From contig CAVUDP010000002.1 in assembly GCA_963740315.1 (NCBI GenBank), forward strand, positions 2,336,001-2,400,000: DNA of 64,000 nt, written 5' to 3'. The notes below the pieces were generated by a model. It was not told where the DNA came from, ran no database searches, and saw only the letters and a list, made by a program, of their open reading frames with translations. Positions within the stretch are counted from its first letter, which is position 1. Each line of letters opens with the position of its first letter. The translations under genes were made by a program, and so were the position numbers. Below, in pieces: positions 9,964 through 22,300 of this stretch. This stretch comes from an uncultured cyanobacterium (GTDB lineage: Bacteria; Cyanobacteriota; Cyanobacteriia; Cyanobacteriales; Nostocaceae).

Positions 9964-10797
9964 GTGATGTTTATTCGTAAAAATTTATCTTTACCCGATA
10001 TTCAACTTTCTTACTTGGAATGGAATCAAGGAAAAGAACCTTTATTATTACTCCACGGTTTAGCTGACAATGCCCTTGTTTGGTCAAGTTTAGGCGATCG
10101 CTTAGCAGCAGATTATCATATAATTGCCCCAGATATGCGCGGTCATGGTGAAAGCAGCAAACCAGATTCCGACTATACGTTTACAAGTGCGATCGCTGAT
10201 TTAGAAGCTTTGATGGATAGTTTAGGATGGAAAAACGCTCATGTTATCGGACATTCTTGGAGCGGTAAATTAGCCTGCATTTGGGCAACCAAGAATCCGC
10301 AACGTTTGAAAAGCATGGTATTAATAGATCCGATTTTTATCTGGAAAATGCCCGATTTTTTCAAGTTAACTTTTCCAATTTTATACCGTGTTTTACCGTT
10401 TCTTAAGGGAATGGGACCTTTTGATAGTTACGAATCAGCAGAAACACAAGCACAGAAGTTAAATCAATATCAAGATTGGACACCTTTACAACAACAAGTT
10501 TTTCAAGCCAGTATCGAAGAAAAAGGCGATCGCACTTGGGGAAGTAAATTCACTATAGCTGCACGAGACGGTATTTTTGATGAAGTGATGCGCGTACCCG
10601 GTTTGACAGAGCCGGTGAATATTCCGACTCTCTTCGTACAGCCAGAAAAAGGAGTTAATCGTCAAAATTGGCAATTAAAACCTTACAAAACCTATTTAAA
10701 AAACTTGCAGATATCCCAATTACCCGGAAATCATTGGTGTTTCATGACGCAACCGGAAGCATTTAATCAGAAAATTGCAGATTTTTTAAAGAGTTAG
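9964..10797 (+). CDS. Alpha/beta hydrolase
   Basis: LLHG, DMRGHG and GHSWSG nucleophile elbow; C-terminal GNH. Confidence 0.9.
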   Translation: MMFIRKNLSLPDIQLSYLEWNQGKEPLLLLHGLADNALVWSSLGDRLAADYHIIAPDMRGHGESSKPDSDYTFTSAIADLEALMDSLGWKNAHVIGHSWSGKLACIWATKNPQRLKSMVLIDPIFIWKMPDFFKLTFPILYRVLPFLKGMGPFDSYESAETQAQKLNQYQDWTPLQQQVFQASIEEKGDRTWGSKFTIAARDGIFDEVMRVPGLTEPVNIPTLFVQPEKGVNRQNWQLKPYKTYLKNLQISQLPGNHWCFMTQPEAFNQKIADFLKS

Positions 10798-10957
10798 GAA
10801 TGAGGAGTTAGCAGTGAATAATTATGAATGTTCACCGTAGGTGCGGCTCAATGTCGGGAGACGTAAAATAATAGTCTCTACAACTCGTCGGAATAGCATA
10901 ATAAATAACAAAGATATTTTGCTTACTGTTCACTGTTCACTGTTTACTGATAACTGA

Positions 10958-11746
10958 TTACGCTCCCATACCGGAATACTTTTTCAAACCTTGTCTCCAC
11001 ATAATTCTATTGATTCCTAAAAATAGAATAAACCAGCCTGTTGTTGCTAAAAATCCTCTGGGGATATCGGCTGGTAAGCCTACTAAAATACTAACGGGAA
11101 AGTTAATTAAGTAAGGGAATGGTGTTAGTAATACTATCTGTCTAACCTGTTCGGGGAATACTTCTAATGGTGCGATCGTTCCTGATAAAAATAGATAGAA
11201 TAAAAACCAAAAATCGTGTAAAGCATATGCTCTTTCCGTCCAAAATGCGAACATAGCAAAGGTGTATTGAATAATGAAGCGCAGAGCAAAAGCCATTGCT
11301 GAAGCTAGAAAAAATAATATTATTTGAGTGAAGCTTGGTACCCAAAAAGCTTGGGGATAAAGTACAAAAAAGAGAATTATCAAAAATATTGCGAAGGGTG
11401 TGCGAGCAACTCTTTCAGAAAGGTGAGACGATACGTGATACCATACTGGGTCTAAAGGTTGCAACAAACGGGGTGAAAGTTTTCCTTCTACAACTTCTTT
11501 TTCAAATTCCCAGATTACCCAAACAACTGTTAACTGTCGAACTAAAAATACTGCCAGAAAATAACGAGCAAATTGCGTTGCAGATAAACCGAATTGTCCA
11601 CCTTGTGCTGCTTCCGTCCAAACTCCCATCATGATGATAGGTAGCGAACCCGTCAACACCCATAAAATTAATTCGGCGCGATATTCCACCATGTAGGCGT
11701 AGTATACCGTGAGTAGAGTAACGGCTTTTCTGATAATGCTTTTCAT
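10958..11746 (-). CDS. ABC-2 type (DUF990-like) permease
   Basis: Multiple TM helices; G.LSPRLLQPLDP and C-terminal GLKKYSGMGA. Confidence 0.88.
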   Translation of the reverse strand: MKSIIRKAVTLLTVYYAYMVEYRAELILWVLTGSLPIIMMGVWTEAAQGGQFGLSATQFARYFLAVFLVRQLTVVWVIWEFEKEVVEGKLSPRLLQPLDPVWYHVSSHLSERVARTPFAIFLIILFFVLYPQAFWVPSFTQIILFFLASAMAFALRFIIQYTFAMFAFWTERAYALHDFWFLFYLFLSGTIAPLEVFPEQVRQIVLLTPFPYLINFPVSILVGLPADIPRGFLATTGWFILFLGINRIMWRQGLKKYSGMGA

Positions 11747-11849
11747 AATTTTGTTAGTTGTTAGTTATTAGTTACTCCCCCCAACCCTATTCCCTGTTCC
11801 CTATCTAAAGTACGGAATCGCAAAATTATTTTACTACAAATGGATAATC

Positions 11850-11883
11850 AAAAAAAACCCGGTTTCCTTGAGAAACCAGGTTT
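11850..11883 (-). terminator. Intrinsic terminator after the oxoamine synthase gene
   Basis: Stem ccggtttc/gaaaccagg followed by a run of 8 T on the minus strand. Confidence 0.7.
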
Positions 11884-11925
11884 ATAGAAAAATTTGCTAA
11901 ATTTCAATCATTAAGAACCTTGAAT

Positions 11926-13221
11926 TTACTGCCATACAGGATAAATAGATGAATCAAATATCTCATACTTTATCGCTAGCTCGTAAAGGGTATCAACTGT
12001 TTTATCGATCTGCGCTTTTGTATGAGAAGCACTTAAGATAAATCGAATTCTTCCTTCGTGTGGTTTAACTGCTGGATAAATAATACATACCGAAAATATT
12101 CCCCGTTCAAAAAGTTCTTTGTTAAAAGAGAATAGCTTATTTTTATCTGAAATAAATACGGGAATAATTGGACTTTGGCTCGCGCCTAAATCGAAACCAA
12201 GATGAGTTAATTTGTCTCTCATATATCTATTATTTTCGTGAAGAGACTCAACTAATTGAGGATTATTTTCAATCTCTTCTAAACAACCTAAAACTGCTGC
12301 GGCATCTCCAGGAGGTAAACAAGCTTGAAATGTATATGTATTGGCACGCCATTGAAGTAAAGGTATATACTTTGCTTTTGCGGCAACAAACCCACCAATA
12401 GAAGCTGTAGCTTTTGATAAAGTTGCCACAATAAAATCAACTTGTTCTGTAATGCCTAATTCATTACAGTAACCCGCTCCATTTTTTCCATAAAAACCAA
12501 AAGTATGAGCTTCATCGACATAAAGCAAAAATTTGTGCTTTTGCTTTAATTCAACGATTTCTTTTAAAGGTGCTAAATCACCGCTCATTGAATAAGCAGA
12601 TTCAACAACAACAAAAAGATTTTCGTATTTCTTACTATATTTTTCTAACTTTTTATCTAAGTCTTGTAAATCATTATGCTTAAAAGATATCCACTTTTTC
12701 CCAGATAACTTTACTCCATCAATCAAAGAAGCATGACTTTCTCTATCAAATATAATTAAATCGTTTTTTCTTGGTAAAGCTGACAAGCAACCCATATTTG
12801 CCGTATAACCTGTGGGAAAAAGCAGTACGCTTTCTTTACCCACTAAGTTTTTCAATTTCTGCTCGACTTGCTTGTGTAGCTTAGACATTCCCCCTGAAAG
12901 CGCAGAGGTGCCGCTACCCGTTCCGTATTCCTGTACCGCTTTGCAAACTTTGTCAATTACATTTTGATTTCTATTCAATCCTAAATAGTGATTTATGCAC
13001 CACAAAATACATTCTTGTGCAGGTGTATTAGCATCTGAAATAACATTAGTTTGAACATCGCTTCCAGATTGCGTATATCTACCATGAGAATACAAGCCAA
13101 GTCCAATTTGACGATTTTGATGATCGTATAAATGTTCGGCTATTGTTTCTATATCAGTAATTCCTTCATTTTCCAACTGTCTCATATAACCGACAAGTGG
13201 AGTGGAAATTTCGTTTGTCAT
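11926..13221 (-). CDS. PLP-dependent alpha-oxoamine synthase family enzyme (BioF/Kbl/SPT/CqsA class II aminotransferase)
   Basis: NHYLGL, TGYTAN, HASLIDG, SMSGD, DEAH and TLSKA (PLP lysine) motifs. Confidence 0.9.
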   Translation of the reverse strand: MTNEISTPLVGYMRQLENEGITDIETIAEHLYDHQNRQIGLGLYSHGRYTQSGSDVQTNVISDANTPAQECILWCINHYLGLNRNQNVIDKVCKAVQEYGTGSGTSALSGGMSKLHKQVEQKLKNLVGKESVLLFPTGYTANMGCLSALPRKNDLIIFDRESHASLIDGVKLSGKKWISFKHNDLQDLDKKLEKYSKKYENLFVVVESAYSMSGDLAPLKEIVELKQKHKFLLYVDEAHTFGFYGKNGAGYCNELGITEQVDFIVATLSKATASIGGFVAAKAKYIPLLQWRANTYTFQACLPPGDAAAVLGCLEEIENNPQLVESLHENNRYMRDKLTHLGFDLGASQSPIIPVFISDKNKLFSFNKELFERGIFSVCIIYPAVKPHEGRIRFILSASHTKAQIDKTVDTLYELAIKYEIFDSSIYPVWQ

Positions 13222-13609
13222 AAAATCGATAGATAGTTAATTAGTTTATAAATTCCGATTAATTTAAATTTAATCCCTTTTCATAAATTCAATACAGATA
13301 GAAAATACGGAATTATGTTTATTTTTTTGTTGAAGCAAAATATTTAAATTTTTCTATAGTTTAGTATATAAATATACATTAAATGGGCGCTTCATTTTAG
13401 AATATATCTTTTGAAAGCATTGATATGAAAAGGTTTTATGAATAAAACCAGTACGCTGAAACTCAAGTTGTCAATGATTAGTGTTATATTTAACTTTATC
13501 TTTGCAACATATACTTCATGTAATTTATCAATATTCTCTCAGTGTTACAAATAGCGTTGATTGGGGAATACTAAAAACAAAGCTAGAAGACAGTATTGGG
13601 TGAATTGAT

Positions 13610-16600
13610 ATGGCATCTCCAACAGTTAAACTTCCAGGGTATAAGATTGAAGAAGAAATCTACACAAGTGCCAGAACGCTTGTATTTCAAGGACAAAGAG
13701 AATCAGATCGAGCATCGGTAATCATCAAAGTGATGCGAGATGATTTTCCTAGCTTCAACGAGCTTGTGCTGTTCCGAAATCAGTATATTGTCACTAAGAA
13801 TCTTAACTTAAATGGTATTGTCAAGCCATTTTCCTTAGAAACTTACCATAACGGTTATGCCTTAATTATGGAGGATTTTGGGGGAATTTCTCTTCAGCAA
13901 TATTTAACTGTGGGAGAAGCATTGAAAATAATTTCTCTAAATGATTTTCTCAGTATTGCTACTCAAATTGCTGGCATTCTCGATTCACTTCATCGCGATC
14001 GTCTGATTCACAAAGATATCAAACCTGCCAATATCTTGATTCAACCCGACACGAAGCAAGTAAAACTTATAGATTTCAGTATTGCTTCTTTGCTTCCGAG
14101 AGAAACTCAACAGTTGAAAAATCCTAATATTTTGGAAGGAACTTTAGCCTATATTTCCCCCGAACAAACTGGACGAATGAACCGAGGTATAGACTATCGC
14201 ACGGATTTTTATAGTTTAGGTATTACTTATTATGAACTATTAACGGGGAAGCTACCATTTTCAGGAGAAGATCCAATTGAGTTAGTACATTCTCATATTG
14301 CCAAAAAAGCAGAAAATATCAAAGTTCTTAATCCTGAGATTCCCTCGGTATTATCCGATCTTGTTGCCAAATTAATGGCAAAGAATCCAGAAGAACGCTA
14401 TCAAACTGCTTTAGGATTAAAATACGATTTAGAAATATGCGCTCAAGCTTGGAAGGAAACAGGAAATATTCCACCTTTTGAATTAGGAACAAAAGATATT
14501 TCCGACCGTTTTATTATTCCCGAAAAACTGTACGGTAGAGAAGCAGAAGTGGCAACTTTGCTAGCAGCATTTGATAGAGTTGCTGGAGTTGCAGATAATA
14601 TTGATAATCAATCAAAAATTAATTCAAAATCCTCCACGGAAATCGTGCTTGTCACTGGATTTTCAGGTATTGGAAAAACTGCTGTTGTTAATGAAATCCA
14701 TAAACCAATTGTTGAAAAACGCGGTTATTTTATTAAAGGTAAATACGATCAATTTAACCGTCATATACCTTTTTCTGCTTTCTTAGCAGCTTTCCGAGAT
14801 TTGATGAGACAACTTTTAGGGGAAAGTAGCAGTCAACTTCAAGTTTGGAAACTTCAAATTTTGAATGCTTTGGGAGAAAACGGTCAAATAATTATAGATG
14901 TAATTCCAGAGTTAGAACAAATTATAGGCAAACAACCACTACCAATTGAATTATCTGGAAATGAAGCACAAAATCGATTTAATTTATTACTGCAAAAGTT
15001 TATCCAAGTTTTCAGCAGTCACAAACACCCCTTAGTGATTTTTTTGGATGATTTACAATGGGCTGATTCTGCATCACTTAACTTAATCGAATTAATGATG
15101 AGTGAAGCTGATACAGAAAATTTATTGCTCGTGGGTGCATATCGGGATAATGAAGTATCTCGAAGCCATCCCTTAATTAAGACTTTGGAAATTATTCGCT
15201 CAAACAAAGCAACTATCAACACAATTCCTCTATCCCCCTTAGAAAAAACTCACTTAAATAATATAGTTGTTGACACTCTCCAATGTTCCGAAGCCCTGGC
15301 ATTTCCTTTAACAGATTTAATTTATCAAAAAACCCAGGGAAATCCTTTTTTTAGCAATCAATTTATCAAGTCACTATATGAAGATGGTTTTATTACTTTT
15401 AATCATAATAGTGATTCTTCGCATGGTTGGGTGTGCGATATTGCTGCATTGCGAGAATTGGCATTAACTGATGATGTTGTAGAATTTATCGCGCTTCAAC
15501 TGCATAAATTACCCCTGCAAACCCAAAAAGTTCTTCAGCTTGCTGCTTGTATTGGTAATCAATTCGATTTAAATAGTTTATCGATAATCTCGCAGAAATC
15601 TCAGGTAGAAACTGCTGCCGATTTATGGAAAGCTTTACAATTCGGATTAATTTTACCTACTACCGAAGTCTACAAGTTTTATCAATCTGAAGAAATTAAT
15701 AATAATCAAGAATTTACTTTGGGTAGCGAAAAATTATCAGTGCAATACAAATTTTTGCACGATCGCGTACAGCAAGCAGCATATTCTTTAATTCCAGATG
15801 AAGATAAAAAATCGACGCATCTAACAATTGGAAGGTTACTTTTAAAAAACACGTCGGAGGCTGAGAAAGAAGATAAAATATTTGATATTGTAAATCATTT
15901 AAATTATGGAATTGAGTTAATTACTCATCCTTTAGAAAGAGAAACATTAGCGCAACTGAATTTATTAGCTGGTAAAAAAGCAAAAACATCAACTGCTTAT
16001 ACTGCGGCTAGTCAATTTTTATCAATAGGGATGTCTTTACTAAATGAAAATAGCTGGGAGCAACATTACTATTTATCATTTAATTTATATAGGGAAAGAG
16101 CAGAAGCAGAATATTTAAATGGAAACTTTGATGTTTCACAAAAAATTATTAATAAGGCAATATCTCAAGTCAAGACAAATGTAGAAAAGGCAGAATTATA
16201 CATTCTATTAGTTGTACAATATACTTTAGATGGAAAATACTTTGATAGTATCCAAATTGGTAGAGAAGCTTTAAAATTATTAGAAATAAACTTACCTGTT
16301 AGTAATTTTGATACTGAATTACAAGCAGATTTAAAACAAGTTAGCGATTTATTAGATGTTAGAGAAATTTCTTCGCTCTTATGCCTACCTCAGATGCAAG
16401 ATGCTGCAAAAATCATTGCTTGTAAAATATTAATGAATCTCGATCCCCCTACTTATATAGGTCAGGTAGAACTTTATCCGATAGTATCTTTAAAATTAGT
16501 TGCTCTTTCTTTGAAGTACGGAAACATCTCAGAATCTGCAAAAGGTTATTCTAATTACGGTGTTATTCTGGGTTCAATTTTACAAAACTATCAATCTGGT

Positions 16601-19075
16601 TATGAATTTGGTTTACTAGGAGTTAATGTCAGCAATCAATTTAATAATCCTTCTTTGAAATGCAAAACATATTTTATTTTTTCAAGTTTTATCAATCATT
16701 GGTTCAAGCATATAAAATTAACCAACAAACTATTTGATCAAGCTTACCAATTTGGGTTAGATGCCGGAGAATTGCAATTTATTGGATATACTTTGTTTGG
16801 TAAGGCATTAAATCTATTTAATCAAGGTATTAATCTGATAGATATAAGTTCGGAATTGCCCGTTTTATTAGAATTTAGTTATAAAACTCAAAATCAGGCT
16901 ACGATTGATACCCTTACCGCTTATGATTTGATTTTACATAACTTACGCGGTATGACAGCAAATATATCTGAATTTTCCACATCGGAAATTTTTGATAAAG
17001 AATATTTACAAAGATGTCAGAAGAATCAATCTTGGATTGCTATTTGCTGCTATCAAATTATGAAATCTCAAGTTTTATTTATATATGGAGATTATCAAGA
17101 ATCCTTAAATTGTCTTTTATCTGCAAAAGAGTTTTTACCTTATGTAATGGGATTTGTAATTACAGCGGTACATAATTTATATTATTCGCTAAATTTAATT
17201 CAAATTTATGCTACCGAAACCAGACAAGAAAAAAACCAGTATTTGCAACAACTGCAAGAAAATCAAAAACAAATGAAAATTTGGGCAGATAATTGTCCGG
17301 AAAACTTCTTACATAAATACCTGTTAGTTGAAGCAGAATTTTATCGAGTTAACGATGAAAAACTATCAGCGATAGAATTATACGATCGAGCCATTGCATT
17401 AGCCAAAGAAAACGGATACGTCCACGAAGAAGCGCTTGCTAACGAACTCGCAGCTAAGTTTTACCTCGAATGGGGCAAAGAACAAATAGCCCAAGTTTAC
17501 ATCACTAATGCTTACTATGCTTACGCACGCTGGGGAGCAAAAGCAAAAATAAATAACTTAGAAGAAACACTACCTCGATTACTCACTTCAGTACTAGCTA
17601 CTAAAACAACTACTATCCAAGCAAAAGAAACCATTTTTCTAACTTCTGCTAGCACATCCACTGTTGCAGGTTCAACTGTATTAGATTTATCTACTGCGAT
17701 TAAAGCTTCCCGAATCATAAGTAGTGAAATTCAACTTGATAAATTAGTCAATGTACTAATGCAAGTAGTTTTAGAAAATGCAGGTGCCCAAAAAGGTGCG
17801 TTGATTTTAAATAAGAACGATACATTATTTATTGAGGCGATCGCAACGGTAGATGAGAAAAAATATACTCAACCAACGCTTCAGTTATCTCTTCTTGAAG
17901 AAAGCACGGAGGTTCCAATTTCCATAATTAATTATGTGAAAAACTCTCAAGAATGTTTAGTCATTTATGATGCGACAAAAGATATAAACACTATGGGAGA
18001 TTCCTACATACTCAAGGAAAAACCTTTAAGTTTGTTGTGCTTTCCCATTCTTCATCAAAGCGAACTAATTGGTTTAATGTATTTAGAACATCGTTTGATA
18101 TCAGGAGCATTTACAAGCGATCGCATTGAACTTTTAAATCTATTGTGTTCTCAAGCTGGAATTTCGTTGCAAAACGCCCAACTTTATCATCAAGCGCAAA
18201 GCTATGCCAAACAATTAGAATCTTCGCTGCATGAATTGAAAAATATGCAGTTACAACTTGTGCAAAGCGAAAAAATGTCCGCATTGGGTAGCTTAGTTGC
18301 AGGTATCGCCCATGAAATTAATAACCCCATCAGTTTTATCGGTGGTAATATCAAAATTGCCAATGAATTTGTCAAAGATTTATTTGGGCTGATTAATTTA
18401 TACCAAAATAACTATCCCAATCCAGTTAAAGAAATTACTAAAGAAATTGAAGCCATAGAGTTAGAATATTTGTATGAAGACTTACCTAAAGTAATTTCTT
18501 CAATGCAGCAGGGAGTCGATCGACTTTACGATTTAAGCATTAGCTTGCGTACTTTTTCTCGTGCAGATACTCAAAAGAAAGTTGAGTGTAATATCCACGA
18601 TTGTATTAACAGTACTTTGATTATTCTCAAACACCGACTTAAAGCTTCAAATACTCGTCCGGAAATAGAAGTTGTCATAGATTATGCCGATTTACCCTTA
18701 ATAAAATGTTTCCCAGGACAACTTTCGCAAGTATTTATGAATATAATTTCTAATGCAGTTGATGCGTTAGAAGAATCGAATTCCGGACTTAGTTTTGAAG
18801 AAATTCAAGCGAATCCCAACCGCATTACAATTGCAACTTCTTTAGCGAAGAATAAGCAAGTTTTAATTACCATTAAAGATAACGGTTCGGGGATGACAGA
18901 AGAAGTAAAGAAATCTATTTTTGAATATCTCTATACAACTAAACCCGTAGGTAAAGGAACGGGTTTAGGATTATCTATCGTTCATCAAATTATCTTTGAC
19001 AAACACAACGGCAGCATCGAAGTTAATTCTGCACCAGGGGAAGGAGCGGAATTTGTTATTAGTTTACCATTGTAA
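13610..19075 (+). CDS. Ser/Thr kinase - AAA ATPase - GAF - histidine kinase multidomain protein (HstK-type)
   Basis: HKDIKPAN and DFS kinase motifs; GFSGIGKT Walker A; LDDLQWAD; GAF; AHEINNP H-box; GKGTGLGL. Confidence 0.95.
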   Translation: MASPTVKLPGYKIEEEIYTSARTLVFQGQRESDRASVIIKVMRDDFPSFNELVLFRNQYIVTKNLNLNGIVKPFSLETYHNGYALIMEDFGGISLQQYLTVGEALKIISLNDFLSIATQIAGILDSLHRDRLIHKDIKPANILIQPDTKQVKLIDFSIASLLPRETQQLKNPNILEGTLAYISPEQTGRMNRGIDYRTDFYSLGITYYELLTGKLPFSGEDPIELVHSHIAKKAENIKVLNPEIPSVLSDLVAKLMAKNPEERYQTALGLKYDLEICAQAWKETGNIPPFELGTKDISDRFIIPEKLYGREAEVATLLAAFDRVAGVADNIDNQSKINSKSSTEIVLVTGFSGIGKTAVVNEIHKPIVEKRGYFIKGKYDQFNRHIPFSAFLAAFRDLMRQLLGESSSQLQVWKLQILNALGENGQIIIDVIPELEQIIGKQPLPIELSGNEAQNRFNLLLQKFIQVFSSHKHPLVIFLDDLQWADSASLNLIELMMSEADTENLLLVGAYRDNEVSRSHPLIKTLEIIRSNKATINTIPLSPLEKTHLNNIVVDTLQCSEALAFPLTDLIYQKTQGNPFFSNQFIKSLYEDGFITFNHNSDSSHGWVCDIAALRELALTDDVVEFIALQLHKLPLQTQKVLQLAACIGNQFDLNSLSIISQKSQVETAADLWKALQFGLILPTTEVYKFYQSEEINNNQEFTLGSEKLSVQYKFLHDRVQQAAYSLIPDEDKKSTHLTIGRLLLKNTSEAEKEDKIFDIVNHLNYGIELITHPLERETLAQLNLLAGKKAKTSTAYTAASQFLSIGMSLLNENSWEQHYYLSFNLYRERAEAEYLNGNFDVSQKIINKAISQVKTNVEKAELYILLVVQYTLDGKYFDSIQIGREALKLLEINLPVSNFDTELQADLKQVSDLLDVREISSLLCLPQMQDAAKIIACKILMNLDPPTYIGQVELYPIVSLKLVALSLKYGNISESAKGYSNYGVILGSILQNYQSGYEFGLLGVNVSNQFNNPSLKCKTYFIFSSFINHWFKHIKLTNKLFDQAYQFGLDAGELQFIGYTLFGKALNLFNQGINLIDISSELPVLLEFSYKTQNQATIDTLTAYDLILHNLRGMTANISEFSTSEIFDKEYLQRCQKNQSWIAICCYQIMKSQVLFIYGDYQESLNCLLSAKEFLPYVMGFVITAVHNLYYSLNLIQIYATETRQEKNQYLQQLQENQKQMKIWADNCPENFLHKYLLVEAEFYRVNDEKLSAIELYDRAIALAKENGYVHEEALANELAAKFYLEWGKEQIAQVYITNAYYAYARWGAKAKINNLEETLPRLLTSVLATKTTTIQAKETIFLTSASTSTVAGSTVLDLSTAIKASRIISSEIQLDKLVNVLMQVVLENAGAQKGALILNKNDTLFIEAIATVDEKKYTQPTLQLSLLEESTEVPISIINYVKNSQECLVIYDATKDINTMGDSYILKEKPLSLLCFPILHQSELIGLMYLEHRLISGAFTSDRIELLNLLCSQAGISLQNAQLYHQAQSYAKQLESSLHELKNMQLQLVQSEKMSALGSLVAGIAHEINNPISFIGGNIKIANEFVKDLFGLINLYQNNYPNPVKEITKEIEAIELEYLYEDLPKVISSMQQGVDRLYDLSISLRTFSRADTQKKVECNIHDCINSTLIILKHRLKASNTRPEIEVVIDYADLPLIKCFPGQLSQVFMNIISNAVDALEESNSGLSFEEIQANPNRITIATSLAKNKQVLITIKDNGSGMTEEVKKSIFEYLYTTKPVGKGTGLGLSIVHQIIFDKHNGSIEVNSAPGEGAEFVISLPL

Positions 19076-19345
19076 ATGCTGCTGAATGGGGAATAGGGAA
19101 TAGTTTTTTTTTCATACTCTCTAATCCCCTAAATAGGTAATCGCCTTCATCGGGAACGTAATAATTACCACTTCTGAATTCTTCATAATAAATTAAGTAA
19201 ATCTTCTGAAGATAAAAATAATATCTCAGAGCAACATATACTAATGCCTTAAATAAATCGGGTGCATCGGGAAAATCAAATACAGGGTTTACAGCTTCTA
19301 TCATCGCATCAATGCAAGAACATTTATTAAATACCTGTATTAAAT

Positions 19346-22300
19346 ATGAATTCAACAAATAATATGAATCACTCGGATAATCCGGTGAAGCAAAAAGAGC
19401 ATATGGATTTGGTGAATCTATCACAAAATTTGAACAATCCTGTAGTTGCAATTAACAGCGGTTCCTGGTTTAATCCTAATACTTGGCAAAATGGTAAAGT
19501 TCCCGGAAGTAGTGATGATGTAGTTATTTCCGAAGGGGTAAGGGTAACTTACGATGATATCAGCGACACCCGTTTAAATGTAATGCGGGTGGATGGGAAA
19601 CTAGAGTTTGCATCAAATCAAAATACAAAGCTAATTTTAGATAGTTTATTTGTTTCTAAGCAAGCTGAGCTATCTATTGGTACTGAAGATAATCCGATTC
19701 AAGCTGATAAAACCGCACAAATTATTTTTACTAGCGACACACCAATAGATACAAATTGGGATAAAAAACAATTAAGTCGGGGTTTAGTAAGTCACGGTAA
19801 AGTTGATATTTTTGGTGCTGATAAAACCGATTTTTTGACTCTTAAAAATGACGTTTTTGCTGGTACAAATCAATTGGTATTAGAAAGCGTACCTCAAGGA
19901 TGGCGAGTTGGCGATACAATTGTTGTTGGTGGAACTAAATACGATTACGACGGTTCGGATGATGATAATTCTCGCTTCCAAGATGAAGTTTTAACTATTA
20001 CCGAAATTAACGGCAATACAGTTAAATTTACTAATAATAATATTACTTCGGGTGATAACACCGTACTCCGTTTCGACCACAAAAGACCAGATATTGCCGA
20101 AAAAGATCGGTTAAATCTATACGTTGCAAATACCAGCCGTAACGTCAGCTTTGAAACCGAAAATGCCGATACTGTAGCCCTTTCACAACGCGCTCATGTC
20201 ATGTTCATGCACAATACAGATGTGCGCGTATACAATGCCGGGTTTTACGGTTTGGGGCGTACAGATAAGTCTATACCAGTAGATGATATCGGACAAAATG
20301 TAGATGGCAGCCCCGGTAACGGTACCAATGTTCGTAGCAGATATGCGCTACACTTTCACCGTGCTGGCTCTGAAGATATCAACGGTATGGCTGCGATCGC
20401 TAAAGGTAATGCAATTGTTGATTCTCCCGGCTGGGGAATTGTTCATCATGATAGTCATGCGATTATTGAAGACAACGTTGTTTTCGATGTTATTGGCTCT
20501 GGTATTATTACTGAATCTGGTAACGAAATTGGTGCTTGGCGAAACAATATAACAATTAAAACTGTAGGTTTTTCCGGCGATCGAAATGCCTTAGATCCAG
20601 ATTCTCCCAGAGTACTCAACTTTGATTTTGGCTTTGATGGCGAGGGTTACTGGGTACAAGGTGCGAGCGCGATCGCCATCGAAAACAACGTTGCAATTAG
20701 TGCTGCGGGTGGCGGTATTAACATATACGGCGGTAATGACGGCGGAGAATCGGTTAGAGATAAAAAGTTTATTGATGTCAAAAATTTACCTGACTATTTA
20801 AAAGACATTGCCAAAGGTACCGATGATGAAACAAAAGTAGATGTTGGTGCGGTACCATTTCAGCTATCCGGTTTTGAAAGTTATAATTCGCGAGATGGTA
20901 TTTTTTCTTGGGGAAAAGTACGCAACGATGACGGACAATTAGATAGTAATTTTGATTCTGAAGGTTTAAAAAGACCGGCTCATGAGTATATTTCAACTTT
21001 AAAAGATTTCAAGCTGTGGAATATTTATGAAAAGGGAATTGTATTATTTTATAATAACAACTTTGAGTTTAAAGATGGATTAATTGTTGGTGATAGCGTA
21101 GCAAATGACCGTCACGGACTTGGTATATTTACAAATCATGCTTCAAAAGAAGAAACTTTTGATAATTTAACAATAAAGAGATTTGCAGAAGGTTTAACAG
21201 TACCATTTGACGCTGGTAAAGACTTTATTGCTTCCGGATTTAAAAATAGTAGTTTTTCAGAAATCGATAATCTATTTGTTGCAACAGAACCTCCAAAACC
21301 CAGAGATAATTTTTTAGGAGAAATAGAAGATTTCCCCAGCTATTTCGAGATTTATAATACCGAATTTGCATCAGTAGCTGGTAATTTAGCACCAACACCA
21401 ATTTTTCAAACACAAGAAATTGGAGGTTATGCAGTACAGCTTGATGCGAGTGCTTCCTTCGATCGAGATACCGATGCAAAATTTAAGAATCAACCCAGTA
21501 AAGGTATAGTTGCTTATGGTTGGGATTTAAACAATGACGGCAATATTGATAAATTTGGTCGTAAGATAAATCATTACTTTGATAAAGCTGGTTTGCGCGA
21601 TATTAATTTAACAGTTTGGGATAATCGCGGTGCAACTAACACCATTACTCAAGCAATTAATATTCAACAAACAGCTTACAAAAATCCTTTAATTAACGGT
21701 GATTTTAGTTCTAATCAGTTAGGAGAAGATTACAAAGCTAACAGTACTGCTGCAAATCAAGGCTGGTTTGCAACTCCTGGAGCAAAACATAATTCCGGTG
21801 CAATTACAATGTCTGGAGAATTTGCTGCGGGCTTATCGCAGATTATTTACGACAAACAAATTACCAGAGGATTGCAAACGCTTAGTTTCAACCTGAAAAA
21901 TACCGAAGGTGGTTCCGAATCATTCCAGAAAAATAAAATTGTAGTAACTTTCTATGGTGTAAATGGAGAGTTTGACAACGATTTATATTTTGGTAAAGGA
22001 CCTAATCAAGTTGGTGTTTTACCGATGAATAGCATCAAATTATTAGAAGAAGACTTGGGAGATTCCGATTACGAGGAAATTATAAGAGATATAGATTTGG
22101 GAACTGGTTACGATTACTTAATGTTTCAAATTAATACCTCACAAGCAAACGATTCAGGTGATTTTATTGCTATAGATGATGTTGCAATAGTCGGTGAAGG
22201 TTTACCAATAGTTATTCCTGAAGAAATAATCTTACCAGAACTTATACAAGATCCATCAATTGATATTCCAGTTATTGATATTGCTGATAACCCGGACAAT

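Noticed and set aside
11926..13221. Saxitoxin SxtA-like or canonical bioF call
   Set aside because: Stand-alone domain with no sxt or bio neighbours; motifs support only a family-level call.
19059..19451. 130-aa minus-strand ORF between the kinase and G8 genes
   Set aside because: Overlaps both flanking + strand genes and has no recognisable motif.
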